64,000 nucleotides of DNA from Macrostomum hystrix (taxonomy: Eukaryota > Animalia > Platyhelminthes), in assembly GCA_950097015.1 (NCBI GenBank), contig CATNEN010000001.1:27491946-27555945 (forward strand), written 5' to 3'. A program made the position numbers and the translations under genes. Under the pieces are notes generated by a model, which saw only the letters and a list, made by a program, of their open reading frames with translations, was not told the DNA's origin and searched no databases. This document shows positions 48,942 through 60,770 of this stretch, in pieces (positions within the stretch are counted from its first letter, which is position 1; every line of letters begins with the position of its first letter).

Positions 48942-49252
48942 AGAGAAAAGAGAAGTAAGACCCTCACTAAGAGAAAATTAGTAGTTGACTTCGTTTATTC
49001 CGTTGGGATGAATTCTCTATTTTAGCTTCAGGAGTCCAGAAGTGTCATTGTTTGACATGGCTTCTGCGGGCAGCCTTCAAGTGCTGAAGACGCTTTGGAA
49101 AAGACATGGGACTTGCATGGGCTTATTGGTTGTGAGCAGTTGAGTATATATTACAAAGTCGGTTTCAGGCTTTGGCATCTTTAATGGGCTCTCTAAGGCC
49201 TGAAGAAGGTCATTGCTCTCCTTTCCTGACGCCTGAAGTAGTCCACTAAACA

Positions 49253-49653
49253 ATGAGCTTACGCCTGACTCACACACTGCTGGCTGCGTGTGCCGTCATG
49301 ACCTGCGTGGCTGGCCGGCTGTTCCAGGTCTCCTACATCGGCTGCTACAAGGACAAGGGCCAGTAACAGAGACTTGGACGGGCTCACTGCTGTTGTAAAA
49401 GTTGGTGGTTTTTCCGTTTCCAGCCTCGGCATCAGAACTGGAAGCATGACGCCCCAGTTCTGCGCGGGCCTCTGCAGTCTCGGCGGCTTCCCGTACTTCG
49501 GGGTGCAGGCGGGGTTCCAGTGCTTCTGCGGCAGAGCCTACGGATCGCTGGGAGCAGTCAGCGAAGGCAACTGCAGCACGAGCTGCAACGGAGATGCGAG
49601 CCAAGTTTGTGGCGGTGGCCTCCGTAACTCGGTGTTCGCTCTCACCTACCCCA
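49253..49653 (+). pseudogene. WSC-PAN paralog 5 (exon 1 only; truncated in the intron by a minisatellite)
   Basis: MSLRLTHTLLAACAV...VSYIGCYKD, a 1-nt frameshift, then WSC ...MTPQFCAGLCSLGGFPYFGVQAGFQCFCG...NSVFALTYP; near-identical to paralog 7. Confidence 0.75.
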
Positions 49654-49711
49654 GTGGGTTGCGCTCTGTCTTGTATGGTCCCATGCTTCAACTTGAGCTG
49701 CAGTTGTCTTA

Positions 49712-50168
49712 TCTCTCCCGTGTCTCATGTGTCCCGTGTCTCATGTGTCCCGTGTCTCATGTGTCCCGTGTCTCATGTGTCCCGTGTCTCATGTGTCCCG
49801 TGTCTCATGTGTCCCGTGTCTCATGTGTCCCGTGTCTCATGTGTCCCGTGTCTCGTGTGTCCCGTGTCTCGTGTGTCACGTGTCTCGTGTGTCCCGTGTC
49901 TCGTGTGTCCCGTGTCTCATGTGTCCCGTGTCTCATGTGTCCCGTGTCTCATGTGTCCCGTGTCTCGTGTGTCCCGTGTCTCGTGTGTCCCGTGTCTCGT
50001 GGTGTCCCGTGTCTCGTGTGTCCCGTGTCTCATGTGTCCCGTGTCTCATCTCTCCCGTGTCTCATGTCTCCCAGTCTCCTCTCTCCAGTGTCTTATCTCT
50101 CTCCCCATGTATTATCTCTCTCCCCTGTCTCATCTCTCCCCTGTGTCATCTCTCCCCTGTCTCATCTC
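49712..50168. repeat. 16-bp GTGTCCCGTGTCTCAT minisatellite
   Basis: Seen directly; degenerates at the 3' end. Confidence 0.92.
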
Positions 50169-50772
50169 GCCAATAAGCCTGCATTCGTTTCTTGCCTTTC
50201 GGAGTGTCAGGCCCGTGCTGTACGATATGGCTTATGAGTCCTGCATAAGCGTGCTAATGCCTGGTTCGGTGATTACCTGTAGTTCACTCAATGGTAGTTG
50301 CAAAAGACCGTTTCTGCTACATTTCTTCTTATTTTTCCGTCGCTTCCCAATTGCTTAATAGACTAAAGTAATTCGAGTATGACATAAATTTGTCTTAATT
50401 CTTTGTATTAAGCGCACCAGGCCTACTTAGTTGTTTAAGAAGAATTTTCAGGAAAGAAAAATGCAATAATCATTGATGCGGATGAATTTGTATTTGCTGA
50501 AAAGTAAAGATATTGCATTTCAGCTATCAAAAACTAAAAAAACATATATTTAACATTCCGTGCATTGACAGTAGGTCGCATTTATCAAGTCAACTAGAAG
50601 GCATTGAGACCAGTAAAAAACTTTGAACTTGTAGGCCTACATGCGTTTCATCTGACAACAAATTAACTTCAGGCTTGATTGAATAAATTGAAGGTGAAAG
50701 GAAAAACGAATAAAAATTGATTGAATATTTGACGAATTGGCCATAGTTGTAGGCAGTAGTAACACGCAGTTA

Positions 50773-51769
50773 CTAGTCTCAGCCACACAGGTAGTAGTCT
50801 CAGCCACACAGGTAGTAGTCTCAGCCACACAGGTAGTAGTCTCAGCCACACAGGTAGTAGTCTCAGCCACACAGGTAGTAGTCTCAGCCACACAGGTAGT
50901 AGTCTCAGCCACACAGGTAGTAGTCTCAGCCCACACAGGTAGTAGTCTCAGCCACACAGGTAGTAGTCTCAGCCACACAGGTAGTAGTCTCGACCACACA
51001 GGTAGTAGTCTCAGCCACACAGGTAGTAGTCTCAGCCACACAGGTAGTAGTCTCAGCCACACAGGTAGTAGTCTCAGCCACACAGGTAGTAGTCTCAGCC
51101 ACACAGGTAGTAGTCTCAGCCACACAGGTAGTAGTCTCAGCCACACAGGTAGTAGTCTCAGCCACACAGGTAGTAGTCTCAGCCACACAGGTAGTAGTCT
51201 CAGCCACACAGGTAGTAGTCTCGACCACACAGGTAGTAGTCTCAGCCACACAGGTAGTAGTCTCAGCCACACAGGTAGTAGTCTCAGCCCCACAGGTAGT
51301 AGTCTCAGCCACACAGCTAGTAGTCTCAGCCACACAGATAGTAGTCTCAGTCACACATATAGTAGTCTCAGCCACACAGGTAGTAGTCTCAGCCACACAG
51401 CTAGTAGTCTCAGCCACACAGATAGTAGTCTCAGCCACACAGGTAGCAGTCTCAGTCACACAGGTAGTAGTCTCAGCCACACAGGTAGTATAGTCTCAGC
51501 CACACAGGTAGTAGTCTCAGCCACACAGGTAGTAGTCTCAGCCACACAGGTAGTAGTCTCAGCCACACAAGGTAGTAGTCTCAGCCACACAGGTAGTAGT
51601 CTCAGCCACACAGATAGTAGTCTCAGCCACACAGGTAGTAGTCTCAGCCACACAGGTAGTAGTCTCAGCCACACAGGTAGTAGTCTCAGCCACACAGATA
51701 GTAGTCTCAGCCACACAGGTAGTAGTCTCAGCCACACAGGTAGTAGTCTCAGCCACACAGGTAGTAGTC
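50773..51769 (-). repeat. 21-bp DYYLCG* array, ~47 units, behind the stop of paralog 6
   Basis: The first unit is the gene's own GAC TAC TAC CTG TGT GGC TGA. Confidence 0.95.
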
Positions 51770-52843
51770 TCCAGCAATGCCAGTTAGGCTAGGTGGTGGG
51801 TAGGCGAACCTGAGCAGGTAGCACTGTCCCTGCTGCTCAGAGAAAATCACAGCCTGACAGTCAGCGTCGGTTTGGCACTGGGCCACACACTCGATATTCA
51901 AAGTCACAGCTCTTGTCCAGAATGTGGTACTTGTGGCCACCACAGTCAGGCTTGGCGTTTGGGTCCTGGTAAAAGTGTTCCTTCCTGTAATTCAAGTTTT
52001 AGCGCTATGTATCTGCTCCTCTTAAAAGAGTTAGAAATCCTTGATTTCTAGAACGAGTATTTTTCGGTATTTGGGCAGTTTCACAATAGAAATTTTAGCG
52101 GCATAGCTGGCTATGCATCTCTTGTGCTTCATTATTCACTTCAGCTTAATTAAGAGCTACGCTCGTGCCCACCATTGATTTGTAGGGTATTTGTAGGGTA
52201 TTTGTAGGGTATTTGTAGGGTATCCGCTTGCAACTTTGCAGCATCGAACGTGCTCATACAACACACCCATCCTCCGCTATCGTTAACCAATAAATATATC
52301 GACCCTAAGCCTTAGAGACTGCAATTCTCGCTGCCAAATCACTTGGGCCTTCAAGAACTGGGCCTACAAGCGTTTTTCACGACTCAATTCTTGCTGATCT
52401 TATGGTCTTAAAAACCCTTAGTCTTTGGCATGTAGTTCATTCTCACCCAGGTAGGTCTGGGCGAACACGGAGTTCCGGTTGCTTGCTCCACAGATCTGTG
52501 ATGAGTTCCCCGAGCAGGCCATGTTGCAGTCGGACGCATTGGCAGCTCCGTAGAGCCAGTAGGACTTGCCGCAAAAGCACTCACGGCTGAACTGCACTCC
52601 GAAGTACGGAAATCCGCCAAGTGAGCAGACATTGCTGCAGAGCTCGTGCGACATGGTGTTGCTGCGCACGCCTTGTCTGTCGCAAGCGAATTCACCAAGT
52701 GTGCTCACTCCATCCAGCCCGTTCAAGGCTCTGACGCTACGCCAATCATCCTTGAAGCAGCCGACGTAGGAGAACTGAGCCACCCTGGCAGCAGCGACAG
52801 CCAGCAGAGCGCAGCAGACGGCGGAGGCCAAAGCGCTGATCAT
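51749..52843 (-). CDS. WSC-PAN paralog 6 (intact, 210 aa; exons 52843-52447, 51984-51749)
   Basis: MISALASAVCCALLAVAAARVAQFSYVGC..., complete WSC domain, phase-1 intron, exon 2 ...ECVAQCQTDADCQAVIFSEQQGQCYLLRFAYPPPSLTGIAGDYYLCG*. Spliced length is 633 nt and in frame; the ATG at 52852 is an alternative start. Confidence 0.88.
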
Positions 52844-53240
52844 TATCGCCATTACGAAGCTAACTATGGAGATAATATTAACCGTTGCTGTTTTAGCCTT
52901 CTTAAGTAACATACAACCTGAGCATAATCTCGCCGGACTTCTGTTTTACCTAAAGTAACATGTAAAATGCGATTTGCTGTCCAATTTATCACAATGGACT
53001 GGCCGAACCAATCAGAAAGCAGAACCTGCTTGCGAAGCCTTCTGAGCTAATTGTGAAGCATAAGGGGTGCTGACTGTTGTTTTAATACACCTAAATAGTC
53101 TGTAAATTTCCTCAAAACTGCCAAATTATTAAAAAAAAAAAACTTTTGGAATCTGAATAGTTGGCTCGAGGTATTTAAGTTCAATTCGGGTGTGCATGGA
53201 CATTTCAGAAAATTGATGTACGACAAACTCAAGAGATGCA

Positions 53241-53452
53241 TGAGCTGAAGTGACAGGTGAGCTGAAAGGACAGCTGAGCTTAAGGGACAGGTTAGCTTAA
53301 GGGACAGGTGAGCTCAAGGGACAGGTGAGCTGAAGGGACAGGTGAGCTTAAGGGACAGGTGAGCTGAAGTGACAGGTGAGCTGAAAGGACAGATGAGCTG
53401 AACTGACAGATGAGCTGAAGGGACAGGTTTGCTTAAGGGACAGGTGAGCTGA
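53241..53452. repeat. 17-bp GAGCTGAAGGGACAGGT minisatellite
   Basis: Seen directly; same family as 62218-62808 in the opposite orientation. Confidence 0.9.
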
Positions 53453-53954
53453 ATCGGGGCTGACTAGAATATTCCTGGTACGGGTCAGCGGTAGTTTTTA
53501 TTCAGATTTTGACAAACGGAAGCTCCGTAAATTGCAGCAGGGAAGATTTGAGCATTGTTAGGAGTGTCACACTGCATCCAAACTTTGAGTGGATGCACTG
53601 CCCAAACATTTTGACTTGTGAAGGAGACTGCTAATCGCAAGGAATAGCCCCCCTGCTGGGTGGCTTTGTAGAGTGACATGGATGGGAAATAATCAAACGA
53701 AAGTTGTCCCGAGGACAAAGTTTAAAACAGCTCCCTACACAGCTCAGTTCAGAGATGCCACAAGACTGCTTGACTAGATCGCAACAGGGCATTCAAAGTA
53801 GGGTAAAAAATTTGAATAGAACAGCGTCTTCAGTTTTTGCTTCACAGCAATTTGTCACAAGAAGAGGCTTAGAATGACATTCACTTTCTTGAATAAGCGT
53901 GCCTACTACTGCTATCAGCACCATCTAAACCTGAACGTTCTTTTCGCTGTGTCA

Positions 53955-54066
53955 ACCACATAGGTATAGTCTCAGCCATGCAGGTACGAGCTAGAAGTCA
54001 CACAGGTAGTAGTCTCAGCCACACACGTAGTAGTCTCAGCCACACAAGGTAGTAGTCTCAGCCACT
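53955..54066 (-). repeat. orphan degenerate 21-bp DYYLCG* units (~5)
   Basis: Same unit, with no parent gene visible upstream on the minus strand. Confidence 0.75.
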
Positions 54067-54744
54067 CAGAAGTCTTGGAGGATTGTGACATACAGATGAG
54101 TCTCTCGATGAGATGAGATCAAATGAGAACACCATTCAAAACACTAAGATACTTAAGAGACCTTGAGAGCACGTCTAGCCAGATTAATTAGTAGTATTGT
54201 ATGCTTAGTTCGCAGTTCAGTAATCAGGTGTAAGTTGGTTCGTTTGATTTTATAGATACCCATCCAAGTGACACAGCAAAGCAGTTCTCATTAGCCCTGC
54301 TGGAAAATGTGAAGAAAGACTTTCTTGGAAACTGTCAGCAGGCAAACTCATTTTTTGTCCCCTGGTAAAGTGGGCTCATTAAAAGGTGCACAGCAGATTT
54401 ATTGTTTTTTTTCACAAATGACAAAGGCATCACACAGGCCTCACCAAGTGACTAGGAGAGAGAGTTAAGAAACAATTAGAAGTTGGCTTCGTTGATGTCT
54501 TTAGGAAGGAAGATTAGCTTCAGGAGTCCAGAAGTGTCATTGTTTGACAATGGCTTCTGCGGGCAGCCTTCAAGTGCTGAAGACGCTTTGGAAAAGACAT
54601 GGGGCTTGCATGGGCTTATTGGTTGTGAGCAGTTGAGTATATATTACAAAGTCGGTTTCAGGCTTTGGCATCTTTAATGGGCTCTCTAAGGCCTGACGAA
54701 GGTCATTGCTCTCCTTTCCTGACGGCTGAAGTAGTCACTAAACA

Positions 54745-55465
54745 ATGAGCTTACGCCTGACTCACACACTGCTGGCTGCGTGTGCCGTCCTGGCCTGCGT
54801 GTCTGGCCGGCTGTTCCAGGTCTCCTACATCGGCTTGCTACAAGGACAAGGACAGTAACAGAGACTTGGACGGGCTCACTGCTGTTGTAAAACTTGGTGG
54901 TTTTTCCGTTTCCAGCCTCGGCATCAGAACTGGAAGCATGACGCCCCAGTTCTGCGCGGGCCTCTGCAGTCTCGGCGGCTTCCCGTACTTCGGGGTGCAG
55001 GCGGGGTAACCAGTGCTTCTGCGGCAGAGCCTACGGATCGCTGGGAGCAGTCAGCGAAGGCAACTGCAGCACGAGCTGCAACGGAGATGCAAGCCAAGTT
55101 TGTGGCGGTGGCCTCCGTAACTCGGTGTTTGCTCTCAACCTACCCCAGTGGGTTGTGCTCTGACTTGTATGGTCCCATGCTTCAACTTGAGCTGCAGTTG
55201 TAAAGATTGTTTTGAATTCTCCTTACAGAAAACAACTGCTTCTCGAAGTCATCCCGGCCTACTAAAACCGTTGTCGCTAGCAACGCCATTGTGTGGGCCA
55301 GCGCCTCCACAAGCAGACTGGGCTGCCTGGTCCAGTGCCAGCCCAGCTCCGACTGCCAGGCTGTGATCTTCATCTCAGCAGCAGCAGCTGTGCCACCTGC
55401 TCAGGTTCGCCTACCCACCCGCCAACCTGAGCAGTACACCTGGAGACTACTACCTGCGTGGCTGA
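54745..55465 (+). pseudogene. WSC-PAN paralog 7 (exons 54745-55147, 55229-55465; several 1-nt indels, possibly sequence errors)
   Basis: Both exons are present and the gene ends GGA GAC TAC TAC CTG CGT GGC TGA. Only about one degenerate extra unit follows; AATAAA at ~55549. Confidence 0.72.
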
Positions 55466-56049
55466 GACTGTGTACCTGTGTGCCCGTGTCTGACATAAAT
55501 AACTATGTGAGATTATTAAGGAAAAGCATGAAGTACATTCTATGATGTTAATAAAAATGCAAGCTCATATCAGTCCACTGAGTTACTTTGATTCAATTCT
55601 ACGAGTATATCATGTGAAGTGTTGACGATAATTAGTGTGCAGCAAAAGTCATTGAAATTTTCAAGTCCTCAACTTGGTACGAGTAAAGAATTCAAAATGG
55701 AAAAGCATGGAAAATGATGGTCAGTTTTGATTTCAGTTTCTAGCCACTATTAGCAGCCTTCAAGTTAAGCTGCCTCAGCCGGGACCAGGATGGTGAAATG
55801 CTGGCTGTCACACCTGATGGGTAATAATTACCATTGTGAGCTGAGCCCAGTGAGCTAAGCCTGGCACGGACTCAAAAGCTCGAAAGAAGGCTCCATCGCT
55901 CAGAGTCTGGGCCAAGACGGCTCTCTGTAGCTATGGTAGTATCATGGTAGGTACTGAGGGCTGAGAGCATTCTGGATGACCTATATTTATCCCTCCCTTC
56001 GTCTTATTTACGTCATCATTTTGATGATTGATTCAATTCTGGTTATGAT

Positions 56050-56160
56050 TGAGTGCCATTGTGGACTAGCGCTGTCGGAAATCGGTTTGGCTGCATTGTC
56101 CAGTTCGATATTCTCTGAGCAGCAGCTGCCGTCCCCACCTGCTCCGGTTCACCTAGCTTC
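56050..56160 (+). pseudogene. degenerate fragment of the PAN-like exon
   Basis: ...TGGACTAGCGCTGTC...GGCTGCATTGTCCAG...TTCTCTGAGCAGCAGCTG...CACCTGCTCCGGTTCACC resembles exon 2 of paralogs 7 and 8. Confidence 0.5.
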
Positions 56161-57283
56161 CGTGTTGCGTTCTAGCGGTCCCTGGCGCCACCCGGCGGAA
56201 CTGACAGGGACGCAGGAGGCTCCAGCGTCACCTGGATTTGGAAACTGAGCTCTGGGTTCCTTAGAGTTCCTCAGGATTTGTAGATCTGGTCATCCATTGA
56301 TGGCCCTCCAAACTGGGTGCGGCCTAGGTGAGGAAAACGCGGAAGTCCACGCACATTCTGCCAGCTTTTTTGAGAAAAGAGTGCAGACGACATCTCATTC
56401 ACCTCCAAGGGATCGAACGAGTTGGAGCACTTGGATCCGCGAGCTCCACGGTCTTCGTTCGACTCATCGCCAACGCCGAGCCACTTCCCCCGTCCCCCAG
56501 AGACTGGACTTACTTGACTTAGCTTCAGGGTGCACCGGCCCGAGCGGATGCAGCGAGGAGGCGGTGGGAGCCGCCCGTTTCGTGCGGGCTTGCGGAGTGC
56601 GCAGCGGCCCAGGCAGCGAGGACCGACGCCGCGCTCTTCGCAAGGCGTCTTTGTTGTCCTTGTCACCGGCAGTCTTTGTTGTCCTTGTCACCGCGTCTTT
56701 GACCACAATCGATAAGTATCTCAACGATGCTGACCTTGTGATTCATCGGAAAAGAGCTCTAATGTTAGACCGTGTTCTGGATTTTCATGACGATAGATTG
56801 AATATTTTTGGAGATACATAAAAGTTCAAAATGTACGTGGGTAGTCTGAAAAGTTAAAAAACTTATGAGCTTTTTACCCCCCCGTTTGACAAGCAATTTT
56901 ACTGATTGAATCGGCACTGAATATTTCAGTCAGGGAATTGCACTTTAACCTTCGGCCGGCCTTCGAATTTCTCAAAGAAATGTCCATCGGACCACAATTA
57001 CAGTTCCAAATATTAGAATAAAGACGATATCTAATGGCCAATAGACAGTGTTGACTTTCAAATCTCATTGCAAAGGATTGACCAATGGGAGCTGAATGCT
57101 ACTTGCGGCGCGCGCTCGCACTGGATAATATTGAGTTCTAATTGGACTTCTGAGAAACAATTCATGCGCCGCCAGTGTAACCGTCCCCTGCTTGCATTGC
57201 CGCCTCAGGGATCGCAAACGACAAAAAGGTTGTCAATAAGAATCATCACACAGGCAGGTCGGTATTATTTATAATTCAGCAAC

Positions 57284-58026
57284 ATGAGCACGAGCCTGCT
57301 CTTTGCTGTCTGCTGCGCTCTCCTAGCCCTCGCGGCTGGCCCGTGTGGCTCAGTTCTCGCGCATCGGCTGCTACGTCGACAACACAGCTGGTGTTAGAGA
57401 TTTAAACGGGCTCATTGGAATCAGCTCAGTCGGTGGAACTTCACTGGTGGGCTCCGGGTTGCTAAGCAACCGCAATGTCTCACGAGTTTCTGCAGCAATG
57501 CGTGCTCGCTCGGTTGGATTCGCCTACTTTGGTGTACAGTTCAGCTCTGAGTGCTATTGCGGCCAGTCATTCGGGTCCCAGGGAGTGGCCCATGCGAGTG
57601 AATGCAACATGGTTTGCAGCGGGAACTCGAGTCAGATCTGCGGTTCAGTCAACCGGAACTCAGTGTTCAGGCTGACCTATGCAGGTAAGTTGCACACTAG
57701 CTAGCTTCTCTGAAGTCTCTGCTTTCCCTCAGCTGTCCTCGCGACTCGCGATGTCTCACATCCTTTTCAATCCATTTAGACAAAGCGTTTTTCACCGAAA
57801 TCTCCGAGACTCACCCTAACAGTGGAAGCTGCCGAGACCACGCACTGGACCTTGGCTGCGAATGCCGCTTCTCAGTGCCTCATCCTTTGCGAGGCCAGCC
57901 CCATCTGCCAGGCTGCAATTTCTCTGAGCAGCAGCAGCTGTGCTACCTGCTCAGGTTTGTCTACTCGCAAGCTAGCTTGACTCGGTTTACAGAGACTATT
58001 ACCTGCGAGGCTACCTACGTGGCTAA
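57284..58026 (+). pseudogene. WSC-PAN paralog 8 (exons 57284-57684, 57780-58026; several 1-nt indels, possibly sequence errors)
   Basis: MSTSLLFAVCCALLALAA..., WSC in ORF 57345..57704, donor CAG/GTAAGT; exon 2 ends DYYLRGYLRG*. Confidence 0.72.
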
Positions 58027-58038
58027 GACCAGCGTAAC

Positions 58039-58201
58039 TACGACCTACCTTCGAGGCTACCATTTTGACAAGTGACCAAGACTTCTACCTTCGAGGCTAC
58101 CATTTTGACAATTACAAGACTTACTACCTTTGAGGCTACCATTTTGACAATGACCAAGACTTACTACCCTCGAGGCTACCATTTTGACAATGACAAAGAC
58201 T
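58039..58201 (+). repeat. ~39-40-bp tandem repeat x4 downstream of paralog 8
   Basis: CTTACTACCTTCGAGGCTACCATTTTGACAATGACCAAGA; contains the terminal TACTACCTnCGAGGCTAC motif of the gene. Confidence 0.85.
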
Positions 58202-60462
58202 TTCGACAGGCGAGGATGCCGATAAAAATTTACTGAAGTGACAGACTGCGATTAAAAATTCATTTGTCATTCAATTTGTAAGGTTTGTTATAATTTAGTT
58301 CTTATTGTGGTAATATGAGTCAAATAAATTCTTCTTATGCTTCTCTGGTACTTTTTCAAAATAAAATCCACAAATTATTTACTGCATTCAAAAAAGTCTG
58401 GAATAGGTGTTAGTGTGCTCACGTGAAGGCCCCACGTGAGTCCTCCAGTATCCATTAAAGACTTCACATTCCCGCTGCCTCACATCACATCAATTAGCTA
58501 CTCTGGTTCAGGCTAAATAGAGTTTCATTTCCCCGCGTGGTCTGTTTTGCTTAGAAATGCGATTTCAATTGAGCGGCTAATGTAGCGGCAGCCCTATTAG
58601 TGCGCCGCAGGTCTACAAAGAAGCTCGGCAAATATGGGGAGCGAAAGTTCTAAGAACTGTTTTTAGTTCCCATTGGATTGTGTTTACTACCGCTGGTTCT
58701 GAAAATATTCAGCTACTAGTCTGGCATGCGTTTGTGCAATGGAGTTTTTTAGTTTTAAGGCGCACAATGTCCCGATTTCTTCTAGGAAACCACAAACTGG
58801 CCTGTGAGACATTGCGCACTGTAAGACGAAGATCGCCTATGAGAACAGAACATGTCCAAAATGTAGAGTCGAGGTAGAGAACGAAACTCCTATTCTCTTT
58901 GGATGCAATTGGTCCGTTTAGGTTCCAATTAAAAAATAAATTCATAGAGAAAGTGGCAGGTTCGAATTTCGAAAGCCTAACAGCTGATGATAAAACTGTG
59001 TATTTACAGTAGGACTACCAAGCCGTTTTGCCGCCCGTTTTTATACCAAGGGGGGGAATTTTTTTAAAAACACCATTTGAAAAGGTTGACAGACCAGTCG
59101 AGGGTGTCCTGTGGTTGAGCTGCGCCTAATAGTTAGGCTTGAACAGTGAAATTGGAGAAATTCGCGTCAGGGTGGTCCATAGTGGCCTAGTTCCACCTGT
59201 TGTAGCTCTTGAAGGTCTAGATAGATAAGAGAGATAGATCTAGGATAAAGGTCGGTGATGATGCAAGCACATTCGGGGTGACATGCTGATAAAGTTTGAA
59301 GGTCTGGAAAGGCCGCACTGAGGCGCAGTGCAAATTCGTGTATAGGGGTGTATGAAATACACTAGCTCTTATGGGAAAATCGGACCTTCGGCCAGAAACA
59401 TTGAATATCTCGACGGCCTGAAGAGCTGGCGACTTGTTTCTTGTTTCAGAAGATGCGCAACAAAAAGTTGGCCCGTGTTCTTGAGTTTCGTGTGCTTGCA
59501 TTGTTCCGTTCGGGTGCAGCAAAAGAATTGTCAGGGGGGGGAATTCCCCCCGATTGGTAGTTCAACTGTTAATGACACAGGAAAGCACAGAATTAACAGA
59601 AAGTTTTGTGGACTTCATAGAAAGCATGCTTAAAGCTAGGTAAAAAGGCCACTGCCCTGAGGCCCATAGTTAGAATGCTTGATTATAGTTGTGTTTTTTG
59701 TTTTCTTACATTTGATCGTAACTCACAGAAACACAAACAGCTTTTCTCCTTTCGTGAGAGAAGTGATTTCAGTCCCAGTTTTAATTTCCTCTTCCAAAAA
59801 TGAGAACATCAAGGGTACCAAAAACTCACAGCTCCTTCACCACAAACACCAAACGCTTGAATTTGATTTCCAGAAACACTCGTATCAGCATTACTGACTT
59901 TTTAATCATGCACTGCCAACGCACTATCGTGAGAACCTAGAAGCATAGAACGGAAGACCAACGGGACTATGATTTTTTTCCCGTCGAGCCTTTTTCCCAC
60001 ACATCTGTTTTCCTGCTAATGGCTAAACCAAAATAACAGGCAGATGCATTGATGTGCGCAGCGCTTAACTACTTGTAACAATGTGTGCGCGAAGACAAAA
60101 CCACGAACATGGAAAAAAAAACCTTAATATAAACTTCCATAGGGATATTGATTACAAGAAATTACACAAAAAAAAATTAACTTCTATAATAAACGATACC
60201 TTTAATTTGTACGATTGAAAATTTCAAACTTCTGCTGTGGCAAAATCGAGAAAAATGGTGCTTCGTTAAAGTACGTATAAGAAGTCTAATTACCTTCAGG
60301 TCGTGATTTAGTTTTTTATAAATATAGAAGAATCGAATTTAAGCGGAAAATTAATTTACACTGTGACTCGCTTCTTCACACATGACTAGCCTCTTTGTTG
60401 TTTTCAAATTATGAATCAGAGTCAACGTAGGAGTGACGTAGATCTTCTAAGCTTAAGTCTTA

Positions 60463-60770
60463 GGTAATAGTCTCAGCCACACAAGTATTAGTCTCAGCCA
60501 CACAAGGTAGTAGTCCTCAGCCACACAGGTAGTAGTCTCAGCCACACAAGTATTAGTCTCAGCCACACAGGTAGTAGGTCTCAGCCACACAGGTAGCAGT
60601 CCAGCCACACAGGTAGTAGTCTCAGCCACACAGGTAGTAGTCTCAGGCAACACAGGTAGTAGTCCTCAGCCTCGCAGGTAGTAGTCTCAGCCTCGCAGGT
60701 AGTAGTCTCAGCCTCGCAGGTAGTAGTCTCAGCCTCGCAGGTAGTAGTCTCAGCCTCGCAGGTAGTAGTC
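60463..60770 (-). repeat. 21-bp DYYL(R/C)G* array, ~14 units, behind the stop of paralog 9
   Basis: The proximal five units read CTGCGAGGCTGA like the gene end; distal units read CTGTGTGGCTGA. Confidence 0.92.

Noticed and set aside
52179-52223. Telomere-like repeat (TTTGTAGGGTA)x4
   Set aside because: An 11-bp unit rather than TTAGGG; a short intronic microrepeat.
56160-56820. GC-rich ORFs (131-174 aa)
   Set aside because: No recognisable domain or splice structure; probably a decayed repeat.
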